Shown: positions 12,111 to 24,659 of the stretch, one piece after another
Layout of the letters: every line of letters starts with the position of its first letter
Position numbering within the stretch: the stretch's first letter is position 1
Origin: Hypanus sabinus
Lineage: Eukaryota
Length of the DNA stretch: 55,598 nucleotides
Reading direction: 5' to 3'
Assembly: GCF_030144855.1 (NCBI RefSeq)
Contig: NW_026779338.1
Span: 62,001-117,598 of the forward strand
Made by a program: the position numbers and the translations under genes
The notes under the pieces: model-generated
Seen by the model: only the letters and a program-made list of their open reading frames with translations
What the model was told of the DNA's origin: nothing
The model's database searches: none

Positions 12111-13403
12111 TAAATAGAGGTACAACAATCGCCACTCGCCATTCGTCTGGGACCTCACCCGTGGCTAGAGTTTACAGGTGCTGAGACTGAATGGTGTCAG
12201 CAGAACCACACTGTTTCCCTCTCTCTCTCACACACAGACGAGCTTACAATGAGGTGCTGATGAGAGCCCAGCCTTGGGAATTAGGAATCCTCGTGAATGG
12301 AAAGGTAGGGATGAGGATTCCACGTGCCGATGAGCCGAGAGAATTGGCTGATGAAATGCCCATCAGTAGTGGACACCAAACCCTGATCTATAAGCTGTCT
12401 GACTTCCTGTGCAAATTTCACACAAGTGCAGCTGCTGCATCTCACCTCCCCAACATCCTGATGCTGGGCGTTGTATAGCTAAACCGCGATACTGATAAAG
12501 AACTCGCTGGACAAAGCTTTGCAGCTCACATTAGGACCTGAAATATTGGATAACTCGCTGCCTAAGTGGCTACTGCAGATTGATCTCACTGCTTCATCTC
12601 ACAACCCAACAACCCGACCATGCACACTATTCGTGTCTCTGTGCTCTGCGATTCAAACTTCCCAGGCTCAACAATATATCCCACCACGTTTCTGTTGTTT
12701 AGAATCCTACTTCACCCAAGCTCAGCTTCTCATACACTGACATCGGTATACCTGCTCCCCCTGCAACGTGCTCATCGATGTCTCGGCTCAGCGACACCTG
12801 GGCCACTCATACTTACCATTGTTCCTTCCAGTCCCGGCTATCCTTACTTGTCCAGGCAATGTTCCAGTGCTCAAGAACACATTTCATTCATAAGACATCT
12901 TTCACGTCACTTTCTGGACACCCCAAAACTCTCTGCAGCCAGTGAAGTGCAGTCACCACGGTAACTGAAGCTTACGTGGTTTAAAGCAGAGGCTGAGAGG
13001 TACTTGATTAACCAGGGCACCAAAAGTTATGGGGGAAAGGCAGGAGATTGGGGTTAAGAAGGAAAATAAACCAGCCATGATCAAATGACTGAGGAGACTC
13101 AATAAGCCAAATGGCTTAGTTCTGCTCTTGTGTCTTATGATCTTAATGTTGCACAGAAGTTCCCATAAACAGATAAAAACACAAAATGCTGGCAGAACTC
13201 AGCAGAAACATCGTCACTACCTCCTCCCATAGATGCTGTTTGGCCTGCTGAGTTCTGCCAGCACTTTGTGTGTTTATTTATTTCCGGCATCTGCAGATTC
13301 ACTCGTGTTCCCATAAACAGAAATGAGATAGTGTTCCAGAGCAGCAATTCTGCAAGAGATGTGAAGAAAACTGGGTTATCGGATGGAACTCCTCACTGCT
13401 CTT

Positions 13404-13800
13404 CAGGATCCAGAGATTTATCCACTTTTATATTCCTTAAAAGTGCCAGTACTTCCTCCTTTTTAATCGTCATAGTTTCCATGACATCCCTACTTGTTTC
13501 CCTTACCTTACACAATTCAATATCCTTCTCCTTAGTGAATACTGAAGAAAAGAAATTGTTCAAAATCTCCCCCATCTCTTTCAGCTCCACACATCGCTGT
13601 CCACTTTGATTCTCTAAGGTCCCAATTTTATCCCTCACTATCCTTTTGCTATTAATTTTACTATTATTTTACTGTAGAAACCCTTTGGATTTATTTTCAC
13701 CTTACTTGCCAAAGCAACCTCATATCTTCTTTTAGCTTTTCTAATTTCTTTCTTAAGATTCTTTTTACGTTCTTTTCACATTTCTCGAGCACCTCATTTT
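13404..13800 (-). mobile_element. CR1 ORF2 fragment (EN-RT linker)
   Basis: '[17 protein letters not shown]...LRNIKVDKS'; same element as 38141-38430 but truncated by a deletion. Confidence 0.85.
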
Positions 13801-14749
13801 CTCCATTCCTGGTCGGAATGAAAGCATTTCTGCTCTACTTACGAAATATTCCCCAGGACTGCCGTTTAAATCCAGTTAGACAGAGGTTTGTAGCTCTGCT
13901 TCAGAACCTGCTTGTCACTAATGAAGTGCTGTAATGAACGGGATCTCGGGCTACCGGCTTTCTTTTGTGACTGCAGCGAGTTAGATGGAATTAAGTGCTG
14001 AGCTGAGGGTGCAGAGAAACACTGTCAATCCGGGAGAGGGGCAGGGTGGAAATGGTGGTTTCAGCTGTGTAGTTTATTTGTCCTTATTTATAGTATTGGT
14101 TGCACATTGGTGAAAAGCTGTGCAGTTTTGTTCTTACAAAAAGGTGTGGATTAACTGTTTCATATTATAATAACAGAGCCAATCAGATCTCATAAGTCAT
14201 ACAGCAGAGGAAGCAATACCAGCACAGATCAGCCATTGGATGGTGGGGCAGGTCTGAGGGGCCTGATGACACCCTCCTGGCTTGATCTTGCTGTATTTTT
14301 GTGTCCTACCAGACAGCAGAGGTCCACAGCTTTAAATGCTAGACCCAGACCCAAGCACTTTCTCCAGGCTGTGTTCTCAGTGCTGACATGGGTATCACAG
14401 ACAGCCTCATAAACCAAAGGTTCAATTTGTTATCAAAGTATCTCTAAGATTTGTCTTCTCCAGACTGCAATAAAATACAGAAACCGATAACAATTCAAAG
14501 AAAGACATCTATTCAATCCCTCCCCAAACAAAAAGAAAAAGAAACAAGACCTCACAAAGCCCCAACCCCTCCCTCGCACAAAAACTAACATCACTCAGAT
14601 GGAGAAACAGCAGCCAGAAAATTAAACCCCACAGCACCAGCCTGCCAATCACAACAAGAAAGAATGGGCAAAAACACAAAAAATATAGAACTGAAAGAGG
14701 CTAATATGAATTACATAAATCAGAGAATTCTCAAAATTTTGAAACATCT

Positions 14750-15140
14750 CCAAGGGCAGAAGAATGAGCGGGGATCGCATTGAGACCTTTCGAATGTTGT
14801 AAGGCCTAAACAGAGTAGATGTGGAAAGGATGTTTCCCAAGGTGGGAGAATCTGGGACAAGAGGGCACAGCCTCAGAATAGAGGGGGATCCATTTAAAAC
14901 AGAGAAATTTCTTCAGCCAGAGGGTCGTGCATTTGTGGAATCTGTTGCCACAGGCAGTTGTGGAGGCCAGGTCGTTGGGTGTATTTAAGGCAGAGATTGA
15001 CAGGCTCTTGATTGGACGTGGCATCAAAGGTTATGGGGAGAAGGCTGGAAACTGGGGTGGAGGAGGAGGGGAAAAAGGATCAACCATGATTGAATGGCAG
15101 AGCAAACTCGATGGCCTAATTCTGCTCCTACGTCTTGTGT
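14750..15140 (+). mobile_element. CR1 3' fragment
   Basis: 'LWNLLPQAVVEARSLGVFKAEIDR' and a typical 3' UTR. Confidence 0.8.
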
Positions 15141-15149
15141 TTGCTCCAT

Positions 15150-18100
15150 TTTAGAGACAAGGATCGCATTATTAAGCTTTCAAGAAAACAAAGAATATTT
15201 TCATTTCAAGGCTCAGAAGTCCATTTTTATGAAGATTTTCCACGTGAAATTGTTAAACAACACGTTGCTTTTGCTCCTCTATGAAACTGACTTATCAAAG
15301 GAAGCTTTTTCCATTATTACAGTATCCAGCAAAATTAAGGATCATTATTAAAAATTCTTAATTGGTATTTTCCGTGATCCAGCTGAAGCATTGCGTTTTA
15401 TTAACTCTTTGTCTGATGAGTCCGATGGTGAATCTGAAGTTTGGAGATTGAATGACTTATAATGGTTTGATTGTCTCGCGGTGTAAAGACTAATAAAATT
15501 GTAAGATTTGATGGTCACAGAAACCTTATTTTAAAATGTATTTTTATTTTTGATAAAGACTGGTTTGGAGTGTTTTAACCTTAGAAGATATAGTGTGAGA
15601 ACTGTTGATAGGCTGTCATTAAGTTTGAACCATCTGGAACTTTTTTTTGCAGTATTTAAATGTATCAATCATTTTCTTTTATTCCGTATGCTTTATTGAA
15701 GATCTTTCAAAGTAATTATTTGGATTTCCTTGTGTTTTAAAGAGAGATTGGACAATTTAAATATGGCAATTGTTTTTCTTTTGTGCAAATATTTCAAGAA
15801 TTGTTTTGGATGTGTTTTCCTTCCCTTATCCAATAAGGTTTCTTTCAAATTGAAGGTCATTTGGCTTTACAAGAAAAACACTATCCTTCCAATTTAATTA
15901 TACTGATATGTGTACTGTAATGAGATTTATATTCTGTAGAGGGAGATAGAGATGTCTATTTTATTATTATTTTTTATTACATAGCTAGGCGGAGTTGGAT
16001 TCGCGTCTATGCTTTTGTTGGGGCTTGCTTCGATTGACATCGACTTGTTTCTGGGCTTTGTAGGTTGGGTGTTTTTTTTTCTTTTTTTTATCTACATTAT
16101 GGAATCCCGGAGCATAGGCTAATGATTTTAATTGCTGTTCATTTCCGCCATTTTTGATCACTTTATCCGGACGTGTGTCAAACTACTTTTTTTAGATACA
16201 AAGTTTCATGATGATATCTAAACAGTTAAATGTTTTAGCTTGGAATGTTCGCGGTTGGAATCATCCTTTTAAGCATAAGAAAACATTTAAAGTCATAAAT
16301 CAATTCCAGCCTGATATACTTTTTGCTCAAGAGCTCAAACATCAACTTCCTAACCATTCTGTATCACTTACTCATCCCTTTTTAATCGATTATGGTTTAA
16401 TAGAGTTCTGGAGGCATATGCATCCTAGTGATAGAGAATATTCTTTTTTCTCACATGTTCATAATAAATATTCAAGAATTGACTATTTTATAGTTGACCC
16501 TCAACTTTTATTTAATGTTCAGAAATATGAGTATGATGCGATTGCTATTTCTGATCATGCTCCTTTAAATTTAATATCTGAATTGAAAGATGTTGTTTTT
16601 ACCAGACCATTTTGGCATTTTCCAGAACACTTATTACAAAGGTGCAGAATTTATTGAGTTTATTGAAACTCAGGTAAAAGAGATTTTTCTTTTTAATAAT
16701 ATAGGAAACATCTCAAAGTTAGTAATTTGGGATACATTAAAAGCTTACCGACGTGGTCAAATTATATCATATATAGCTAAATTGAAGAAACAAACAAGAA
16801 TGGAATTAGATAAAATTTCTAATGTTACGGATTCAAGCAACAATAAATATATGAGTTAGGCAGGGGTTTCTATAACAAATAACTTGTTTATTAACCACTG
16901 AAAACAAACCCCCCAAAAATAAACAAACCACTCACGTAATCGGAAATCAGCTGCTGTGCGGCAGCTTAAACGGTTCTTAAAGCAATGAAGCTTAAGCAGT
17001 TCTTAAAGCGATGTTGCAAACACAGAGTATTCAAAGTAGTACTGCAAAAGTTCAAAATGCTCACAGCCCATTTAAAGGGCAGAGTTTCTAAGATGATTTA
17101 AATTCTCTTTCACATCGTGTTGTTGCAGTTCCCCGTCGAACCACACTTTTCCCACGAAGAATTTAGAAAGATGAAGAATGAAGCGGCTTAAAGACACTGA
17201 CCTTTCCTTTACAACACTGTACTCAAACCTTTCTGCTATTCACAGGGATTAACACGAGTACAGTCACCAAATTCCTTCCAAATAAGGATCAAACAAGGTC
17301 GAACCTGTTGCTCTGTCGAAATCGATTCTCCTCGATCTTTTAACTCCCGAACTCCGATCTTCACTCTCCAATGATGCTCAACTAGCAGTATTATAAAGAA
17401 ACTGCCAGCAATGACCTTTTAAACTTTAGGCATTCGATAAAACTTCATCTTTCAACTAAACTGCATCATAACATTAAATCACGCAGTGGCATGAAGTCAA
17501 CATGGCAAATCCAGCCACGAACTGCCCCTCCTCACAGGGAGGGGTCCTCCTTTTATACCCTGTAAAAAAAAACCTGTCACATGACCTCTACTGGCAGGAA
17601 AATGACGTCACTCCACCATCACATGACCATTACCTCAAGTCCGGTATAGCTTCAACCCCTGTCACATGACAAGGGTACCACTGTCACGTGTCACGGGTAC
17701 GTAACACTAAACAAATTAAAGAATTAGATAACATTAATGCAATCTCTCCAAATGTTGTTTCATTTAAAAGAAGAGTAGAACTACAATCACAGTATAACTC
17801 ATTACTATCATATCCTATTGAAGGATATTTACTTAAATTGAAAAGTCAATTTTATATTTCTGGGGATAAAAATAATAAGCTCTTAGCTTTCCAACAAAGA
17901 GCAGTCAGAGCTAAAAGACAAATTTTAAAGATCCATACAAACAATGGAGATATAATAAGTAACTATGAGGATATTAATGACACCTTTCAAGATTTTTACT
18001 CTGATCTTTTTCGATCTCAATTTCCTGCTGATTCCTCCAAAATGGAAGCATTTTTACATAAGATTAAATTTCCACAAATTTCTGACGAAGATCAACAGAG

Positions 18101-20470
18101 GCTTGATGCTCTAATTACTGAGCATGACATTCAGAAAACTATTTCATCAATGCAATCCGGTAATGCTCCAGGACTTGATGGTTATTTGGTAGGATTTTGC
18201 AAAAAATTTGAAAGATTACTTGCTCCGTATCTTTTGGAAATATTTCATGAATCCTCTGAGAAGGGTAATTTACCTTCTTCTTTTTATGAAGCATCTATTT
18301 CCTTAATTCTTAAAAAGATAAAGACCCTGTTGAATGCTCATCATATAGATCTATTTTACTATTAAATGTGGATGCAAAAATTCTTTCTAAAATAATGGCT
18401 AACCACTTGAAAATGTAGTTAATTAAAATCATCTCTATGGACCAATCGGGCTTTACTAAAGGCCATTACTCTTTCTCTAATGTTCAGAGATTGATGAATG
18501 ATATTTATTCACCATTATCTAAGCAATCTCAGATAACTGCAGATCTAATTTATCTCTCGTTGCAGAAAAGGCATTCGATAGAGTTAAGTGGCCATACTTG
18601 TTCAAAGTATTAGAAAAATTTGGTTTTGGTAATAATTTTAATAGATGGAATCAAATGATCTATAAGAACCTTATTCCCACGGTCATTACTAACAATTACT
18701 TGCCTTCTTTCTTTTCACTTTCTCATGGTACTAGACAGCGATGTCCATTAAGCCCTTTATTACTTAATCTGGTATTGGAACCTTTAGCTATAACATTATG
18801 GGAGGCCAAAAACATTCATGGTATTTCTAAAAATGGAACCATACATAAGATTTCTCTTTATGCAGATGATCGTTTGATTTTTATTTTGAATCTTGAGGAA
18901 CCAATTCCTAATCTTTTGGAAACACTTAAAGATTTTGGAAATTTTTCAGGATATAAACTTAATTTGAATAAAAGTGAATTGTTTCCATTAAATGCTCCTG
19001 TTAATATATATAATGATATTCCTTTCAGAATTGTTAATACATTTAGGTATTTAGGTATTATAATTACTAAAAAATATAAAGATCTTTATAAAGTTAATAT
19101 AGTTCCTCTAGTAGACTCCATGAAATTGCTATTTTCTAGATGGGATCCACTTACTCTTTCTTTAATAGGTCGTATCCATGGTGTTAAAATGATGATTCTA
19201 CCTAGATTTTTATATATATTCCAAAATATACCTATCTTTTCAGCTAAAAATGTTTTTGATCAAATTGACTCTCTTATTTCTTCCTTTATTTGGAACAATA
19301 ATAGACTAAGAATTAACAAGGACCATTTACAAAAACCCAAAAAAGATGGTGGACTTACACTTCCTAATTTAAGACTGTATTATTGGGCTGTGAATAGTAG
19401 ACACTTATGTTTTTGGCTATACTGGCTTAATAAGAGCCAAAAACCAGTTTGGGAGAATTTGGAATTAAAAGCTGTTAAATAATTTCATTAAACTTCAATA
19501 TTAGGAGCTCTACTACATTTACATCTCTCTAATATTCCAAATTTAAAATTTTACCCGGTTATTAAACAATCTTTATGGATTAGATTCAGTTTCGTAATTT
19601 TTAAAATTTTAAACAATTTAAGTTGTCTCATTTTTTATATCAAAACTTTTCACTTAAATTTTCAGTAATCAACCCCATTTTTCTCCTATAGAAAAATAAA
19701 GGGATCTGTTTTTTTACAGATTTATTCTGTGATGGTCAATTGATGACTTTTGAAGATTTAATTAACAAATACTCTCTCGCTCATACACATTGTTTGCAAT
19801 ATTTTCAAGTTAGAAATTTTTTACAAAAATATTTACCTAAGTTTCCATATTTACAAGAATCTGATTTGTTGGATTCCATTTTGAAATTGAATCACTTAGT
19901 GAAAGGTTCCATTAGCAGAATTTATAATTTATTTTTGTTACAAAAAGAGAACCTATCACTAAAGATTAAACAAGATTGGGAGAGAGAACTTAATATGACC
20001 TATGTGAATGAAGATTGGGTTCGAATTTTGAAAAACGTTAAGTTCTTCTTCTATATGTGCCAATCACTGTTTAATTCAAAAATTGTCCATCGTTATTATT
20101 TAACAAAGGAGAGACTATCAAAAATATTTCCTAGTGTAGATAATTACTGTGATAGGTGTAAAACTGAAGTCGCTACTTTGTCACATATGTTCTGGTCATG
20201 TTCTTCATTAAAACTGTCTTGGAAATCTTTATTTTCTACAATCTCTAAAGCTTTGAAAATTAATTTACAACCTAATAGACTAACTGTCCTATTTGGAATA
20301 GTTCTGCATCATATTCCGGGTATTTCATCTTCAGATCAACATGTAATTGCATTTGTTACATTGTTGGCAAGAAGGGCTATTTTTATTAAAATGGAAAGAT
20401 ATATCTTCCCCTACATTAATTGAATAGTTTTCTCAAGTAATGTTATGTCTCAGCTTGGAAAAAAATAAAA
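15150..20470 (+). mobile_element. 5'-truncated L1-clade LINE (ORF1 C-terminus plus frameshifted ORF2), interrupted by a solo LTR
   Basis: ORF1 end 'YPAKLRII...FRDPAEALRFINSL' (~15320-15415). Endonuclease 'LNVLAWNVRG...DILFAQE...SRIDY...SDHAP' (16208-). RT 'GTRQRCPLSPLL...SLYADD' (18598-). Zinc knuckle 'CDRCKTEVATLSHMFWSC' (19740-20423). A-rich end at ~20460-20470. Confidence 0.92.
16823..17706 (-). mobile_element. Solo LTR (884 bp) inserted in L1 ORF2
   Basis: Termini TGTTACG...CGTAACA (7-bp inverted repeat) and 4-bp target duplication CTAA (16819-22, 17707-10). Removing it restores ELDKISKQIKELD in frame. Minus-strand TATAAAA at 17551-57 and AATAAA near 16887-92. Confidence 0.88.
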
Positions 20471-21409
20471 GTAGCCACAGTTAGGGCTCTTCAGCTATGC
20501 TGACCTTCTAACTACTCTAAGATCAATCTAACCATTCCTTCTCATGTTTTATTTCATTCATATGCATGTCTAAGAGTCTCTGAAATGTCCCTAATGTATC
20601 TCCTCTACCACGATTCCAGGCTGTGCATCCCTATGCACCCACAACTCATCCCGATACTTTCCTCCAATCACCTTAAAATGATGTTCCCTTGAATTAGTCA
20701 CTTTTTGCCCTGGGAAAACGATGGCCACTCTATCTATGCCACTGAACATTTTAGACACCTCTTTCACGTCACCTCTCATCCTCCTTCATTCCAAAGAGAG
20801 AAGCCCAAGCTCCCTCAGCCTTTCCTCACAAGACATGCTCTCTGGTTCAGGCAGCATCCTGGTAAATAGTCTCTTCACTCTTATTTAGTAATTTAATAAT
20901 CAGAGACACTAAACTATACTTGATACGTGGTTTTAGTTCAACTCATCCCTGAACCAGTATCTGTACAAATTATGTCCAGCCAAGCGTCCAGTGCTTTTTC
21001 ACAGGATAGAAACATGGGGAAAATGACAGTCTATCCTCATGCTGTCATCACATCCTCAGCAGCTTATCACCAGCCGTCACTTCAATCTACTCAAAATCTT
21101 CACCATACTAAATCACTCCCACCACTTGAGCAGAAATTATGTCATTTCTGGAAGTGGGTGAACTATTTTGCTGACAAAGTGAGAGAAATTGTGTGGACAT
21201 TACTTTTAGGCTATTGATAGAATCTTCTGCCAGATGGTTATCCCAATTCAAGCACAAGGCTATATACTGTAAGTGCTACTTCCTTCTTTTATTTCCCCAT
21301 TGTGGTTTTTAAAAACTGTTACCAAATATTCAACTCATTATTTGACCAACAATAGCTACACAGGAAAAAGGGACGTGTAAATAACGACACAAATGATGTT
21401 GGTGCTCAG

Positions 21410-21775
21410 AGGGACAGTACTAAGAGAGTGTCGGACTGTCAGTGGGACAGTATTGAGAGAGTGTCAGACTGTCAGTGGGACAGTTCTGAGAACGTGTCAG
21501 ACTGTCAGAAGGACAGTACGAAGAGAGTGTCAGACTGTCAGAGGGACAGTATTGAGAGAGTGTCAGACTGTCAGTGGGACAGTATTGAGAGAGTGTCAGA
21601 CTGTCAGTGGGACAGTTCTGAGAGAGTGTCAGACTGTCAGAGGGACAGTATTGAGAGAGTGTCAGACTGTCAGAAGTGCAGTACAGAGAAAGTGTCAGAC
21701 TCTCAGAGGGACAGTACTGAGAGTGTCAGACTCTCAGAGGGAGAGTATTGAGTGTGTCAGACTGTCAGAGACACA
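21410..21775. repeat. 33-bp minisatellite, ~11 units (copy A)
   Basis: Unit ~gagagtgtcagactgtcagtgggacagtattga; gives the 11-aa repeat ORFs (RECQTVSGTVL). Confidence 0.95.
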
Positions 21776-21939
21776 TTAAACCATCACTGGTGCAGCCAAG
21801 TTGTCATATTTAGTTAAATGGAGATGTGTGTTTGGAGACCCATGTGCAGTCACGGTGTTTCAACTGATTGTAGTAAAAATACACTTGTATCTGGAATGTC
21901 CAATTGCTAGTGAGTCGGTATCCTAGTAAAACTACAGCA

Positions 21940-22400
21940 TGAAATAATAATAAAAATAATCCAAATAGGACGTACATGGTAAATGGTAGGGCATTGAAGA
22001 ACACAGTAGAACAGAGTGATCTAGGAATAGTTCTCTGAAAGTGGAATCTCATGTAGATAGGGTGGTGAAGAAAGCTTTTGGTATGCTGGCCTTTATAAAT
22101 CAGAACATTGAGTATAGGAGTTGGGATGTAATGTTAAAGTTGTACAAGGCATTGGTAAGGCAGAAACTGGAGAATTGTGTACAGTTCTGGTCACTGAATC
22201 ATAGGAAAAATATCAACAAAATAGAGAGAGTGCAGAGAAGATTTACTAGAATGTTACCTGAGTTTCCGCACCCAGGTTACAGGGGTAGGTTGAACAAGTT
22301 AGGCCTTTATTCTTTGGAGCGTAGAAGGCTGAGGGGGCACTTGATAGAGGTATTTAAAATTATGAGGGTGATAGATAGATAGGTAGAGTTGACGTGGATA
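21940..22400 (+). mobile_element. CR1 RT C-terminal fragment (counterpart at ~43596-44056)
   Basis: ORF 22041-22382 'KLYKALVRQKLENCVQFWS...LGLYSLERRRLRG'. Confidence 0.88.
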
Positions 22401-22404
22401 GGCT

Positions 22405-23611
22405 TATATGAAGACAAAAACACTCCAAGCAACTCCACTGAAAGTTTATTGAAAAGCTCAAGTCAGGAGATGGATACGGGAAAATGTCCAAGTCACTGAA
22501 TATCCCCTGAAGTACAGTGTATTCAATAATCAACAAATGGGAAGAATATGGCTCAGCTGTAAATCTGCCCAGAGCAGGACATCCTCAAAAACTGAGTGAC
22601 CGTGCGAGAAGTGGGCGAGTGAGAGAGGCCACCAAGAGACCTATGCCAACTCTGGAGGAGTTACAAGCATCAGTGGCTGAGATGGGAGAGAGTGCACATA
22701 CAACAACAGCTGCCCAGCTGCTTCACCAGTCCCAGCTGTATGGGAGAGTGGCAAAGCGAAAGCCACTGTTGAAAAAAGTTCACATGAGACGTTGGCCAAG
22801 GAAGGCACATGGAAGACTGAAGTCGGCTGGAACCAGTATTGAGTATTTTTGGCCGTCAGACTAAATGCTCGGTTTGGTTTAACCCAAACACTGCACATCA
22901 TCAAAAACAAACCATCCCTACCATGACGCATGGTGGTGTCTGCATCGTGCTGTGAGGATGTTTCACTGCAGCAGGCCCCGGAAGGCTTGTGAAGACAGAG
23001 GATAAAATAAATGCAGCAAAATACAGGGAAATCCTGGAGGAAAACCTGATGCAGTCTGCAAGAGAACTGTGACTTGGGAGAAGATTTGCTTTCCGGCAAG
23101 AGAATGACCCCAAGCATAAAGGCAAAGCTAGACAGGAATGGCTTAAAGACAAGTTCATGGCCTGGAGTGGGCAAATCAGAGTCCAGACCTCAACCAAATG
23201 AAAATTTCTCCCTAGACTTGAAAAGGTCTGTTCACTCATGATCCCCATGCAATCTGAGAGAGCTTGAGGAGTTTTGTATAGAAGAATAGGCAAAAATTGC
23301 AGTGCCCAGATGTGCAAAGCTGGTGGAGACCTATCCACACAGGCTCAAGACTGTAATTGCTGTCTAAGGTGCATCTACTAAATACTGACTTGAAGGGAGT
23401 GAATACTTACGCAATCAATTATTATGAGTTTTGTATTTGAAATTAATGTAGATCACTTTGTAAAGTTCGTTTTCACTTTGACATGAAAGAGTCCTTTTCT
23501 GTTGTTCAGTGTCAATAAAAGCCAAATTAAGTCCACTATGATTCAATACTGTGACACAATAAAACATGAAAACATCCGGGGGGAGGTGGTGAATACTTTT
23601 TATAGGCACTG
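22405..23611 (+). mobile_element. Tc1/mariner transposon remnant (transposase pseudogene; left TIR lost)
   Basis: HTH region 'STVYSIINKWEEYGSAVNLPRAGHPQKLS' and DDE-region remnants 'KYREILEENL', 'ENDPKH', 'QSPDLN'. Right TIR reads CAGTGCCTATAAAAAGTATTCACC on the minus strand, ending at 23611. Confidence 0.9.
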
Positions 23612-24474
23612 TCCATTATGCGATTTGCCTGTGATACTACAGCAAGCGAGTTTTTCACTGTATCTGTGCACACATGGATTAGTGCAATAAGCTTGACCTC
23701 AATACCCCAGAGTCCTCCATCCATATGTACAAAAGAAAATGCCTACAGTATGTGAACGTTTCTGTAATGGCTCCCATCATTGAACAGTAACGCTGTCAGA
23801 TCCATCTCCAGCACTTCAGCACAGTCCGTAAAGAAACTCCAAAAACCCACCTCGTTCCCTTGTTTCCCACTTCATATTTTTCTTATTATAAATGACAAAA
23901 TAAAATTAGAGTATTGCATGAAGACAAGCAGATTACCACATGACTTTCAAACAGTGAGGAAATTATGTTAACTTGTCCAGGTCTAATTGTCTTCTCCCCC
24001 ATCCCTTCACAGTCATCCCCCAACCACCATCTACTTATCTACTCCCCAGCCCTGATGTCTGGACAATGGAGCCCATAATCTTAAACGTTCACATACTGGA
24101 ATTACAAAATGAAATTAACTCAAGCCCCTCCCACACCAGGGATTGAACATAGATGAACATTAATGATTGTCCCACTGGAGAGGGACTGTCCTGAAGCAGT
24201 TCTTGTGGAATTAAAGAACAACACACACAAAATGTTGGAGGAACTCAGCAGGTCAAGCAGCATTTATAGAAAGAAATTAACAGTCGATGTTTTTGGCTGA
24301 AAAGGAAGGAAAGAATTAAAAGCAGTAAGAATGATGTCCATTATATCATTGCTCCAAAACATCTTTTCCAGTGTGATTGGGAGTATTTTTTAAAGATGAA
24401 TTCTTGTGGATTCTTAGAAGGAGAAGTGGGATTTCAATTGGTCCTCTCCAGTGCATTTCCTGTTCTTGATACAA

Positions 24475-24585
24475 TTACATGTTCGCATATATGGAATCCA
24501 CATCACAGTGGAAATTTTCATACACATTGTGATCTTCATTCTCATTCCAGTTCAGTTTGTATTCTGGATCTTTCTGTGCCTTCCC
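24475..24585 (-). CDS. Terminal cytoplasmic-tail exon (copy A): GKAQKDPEYKLNWNENEDHNVYENFHCDVDSIYANM*
   Basis: Strong acceptor ctcctctcttctgttccag| at 24585. The phase-0 frame ends in two tyrosine motifs and TAA, typical of immune-receptor tails. Not in the ORF track in this frame. Confidence 0.7.
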   Translation of the reverse strand, partial: GKAQKDPEYKLNWNENEDHNVYENFHCDVDSIYANM

Positions 24586-24659
24586 CTGGAACAGAAGAGA
24601 GGAGTTGGGTAACAATTAGCAAGACTAGGGCTTGGGTGCTTTGAGTCAACATAACATCA

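Noticed and set aside
12238-12304. Plus-strand exon-like segment RAYNEVLMRAQPWELGILVNGK with cag| and |gtaggg
   Set aside because: Isolated, with no partner exons or recognisable homology; the pyrimidine tract is a (ct)/(ca) microsatellite.
15150-20470. Active L1 element
   Set aside because: 5'-truncated, with several frameshifts and stops, and interrupted by an LTR.
21393-21779. Repeat-protein ORFs (RECQTVSGTVL)n and (ERVSDCQWDSI)n
   Set aside because: Open only because the unit is 33 bp and stop-free; no splice or domain support.
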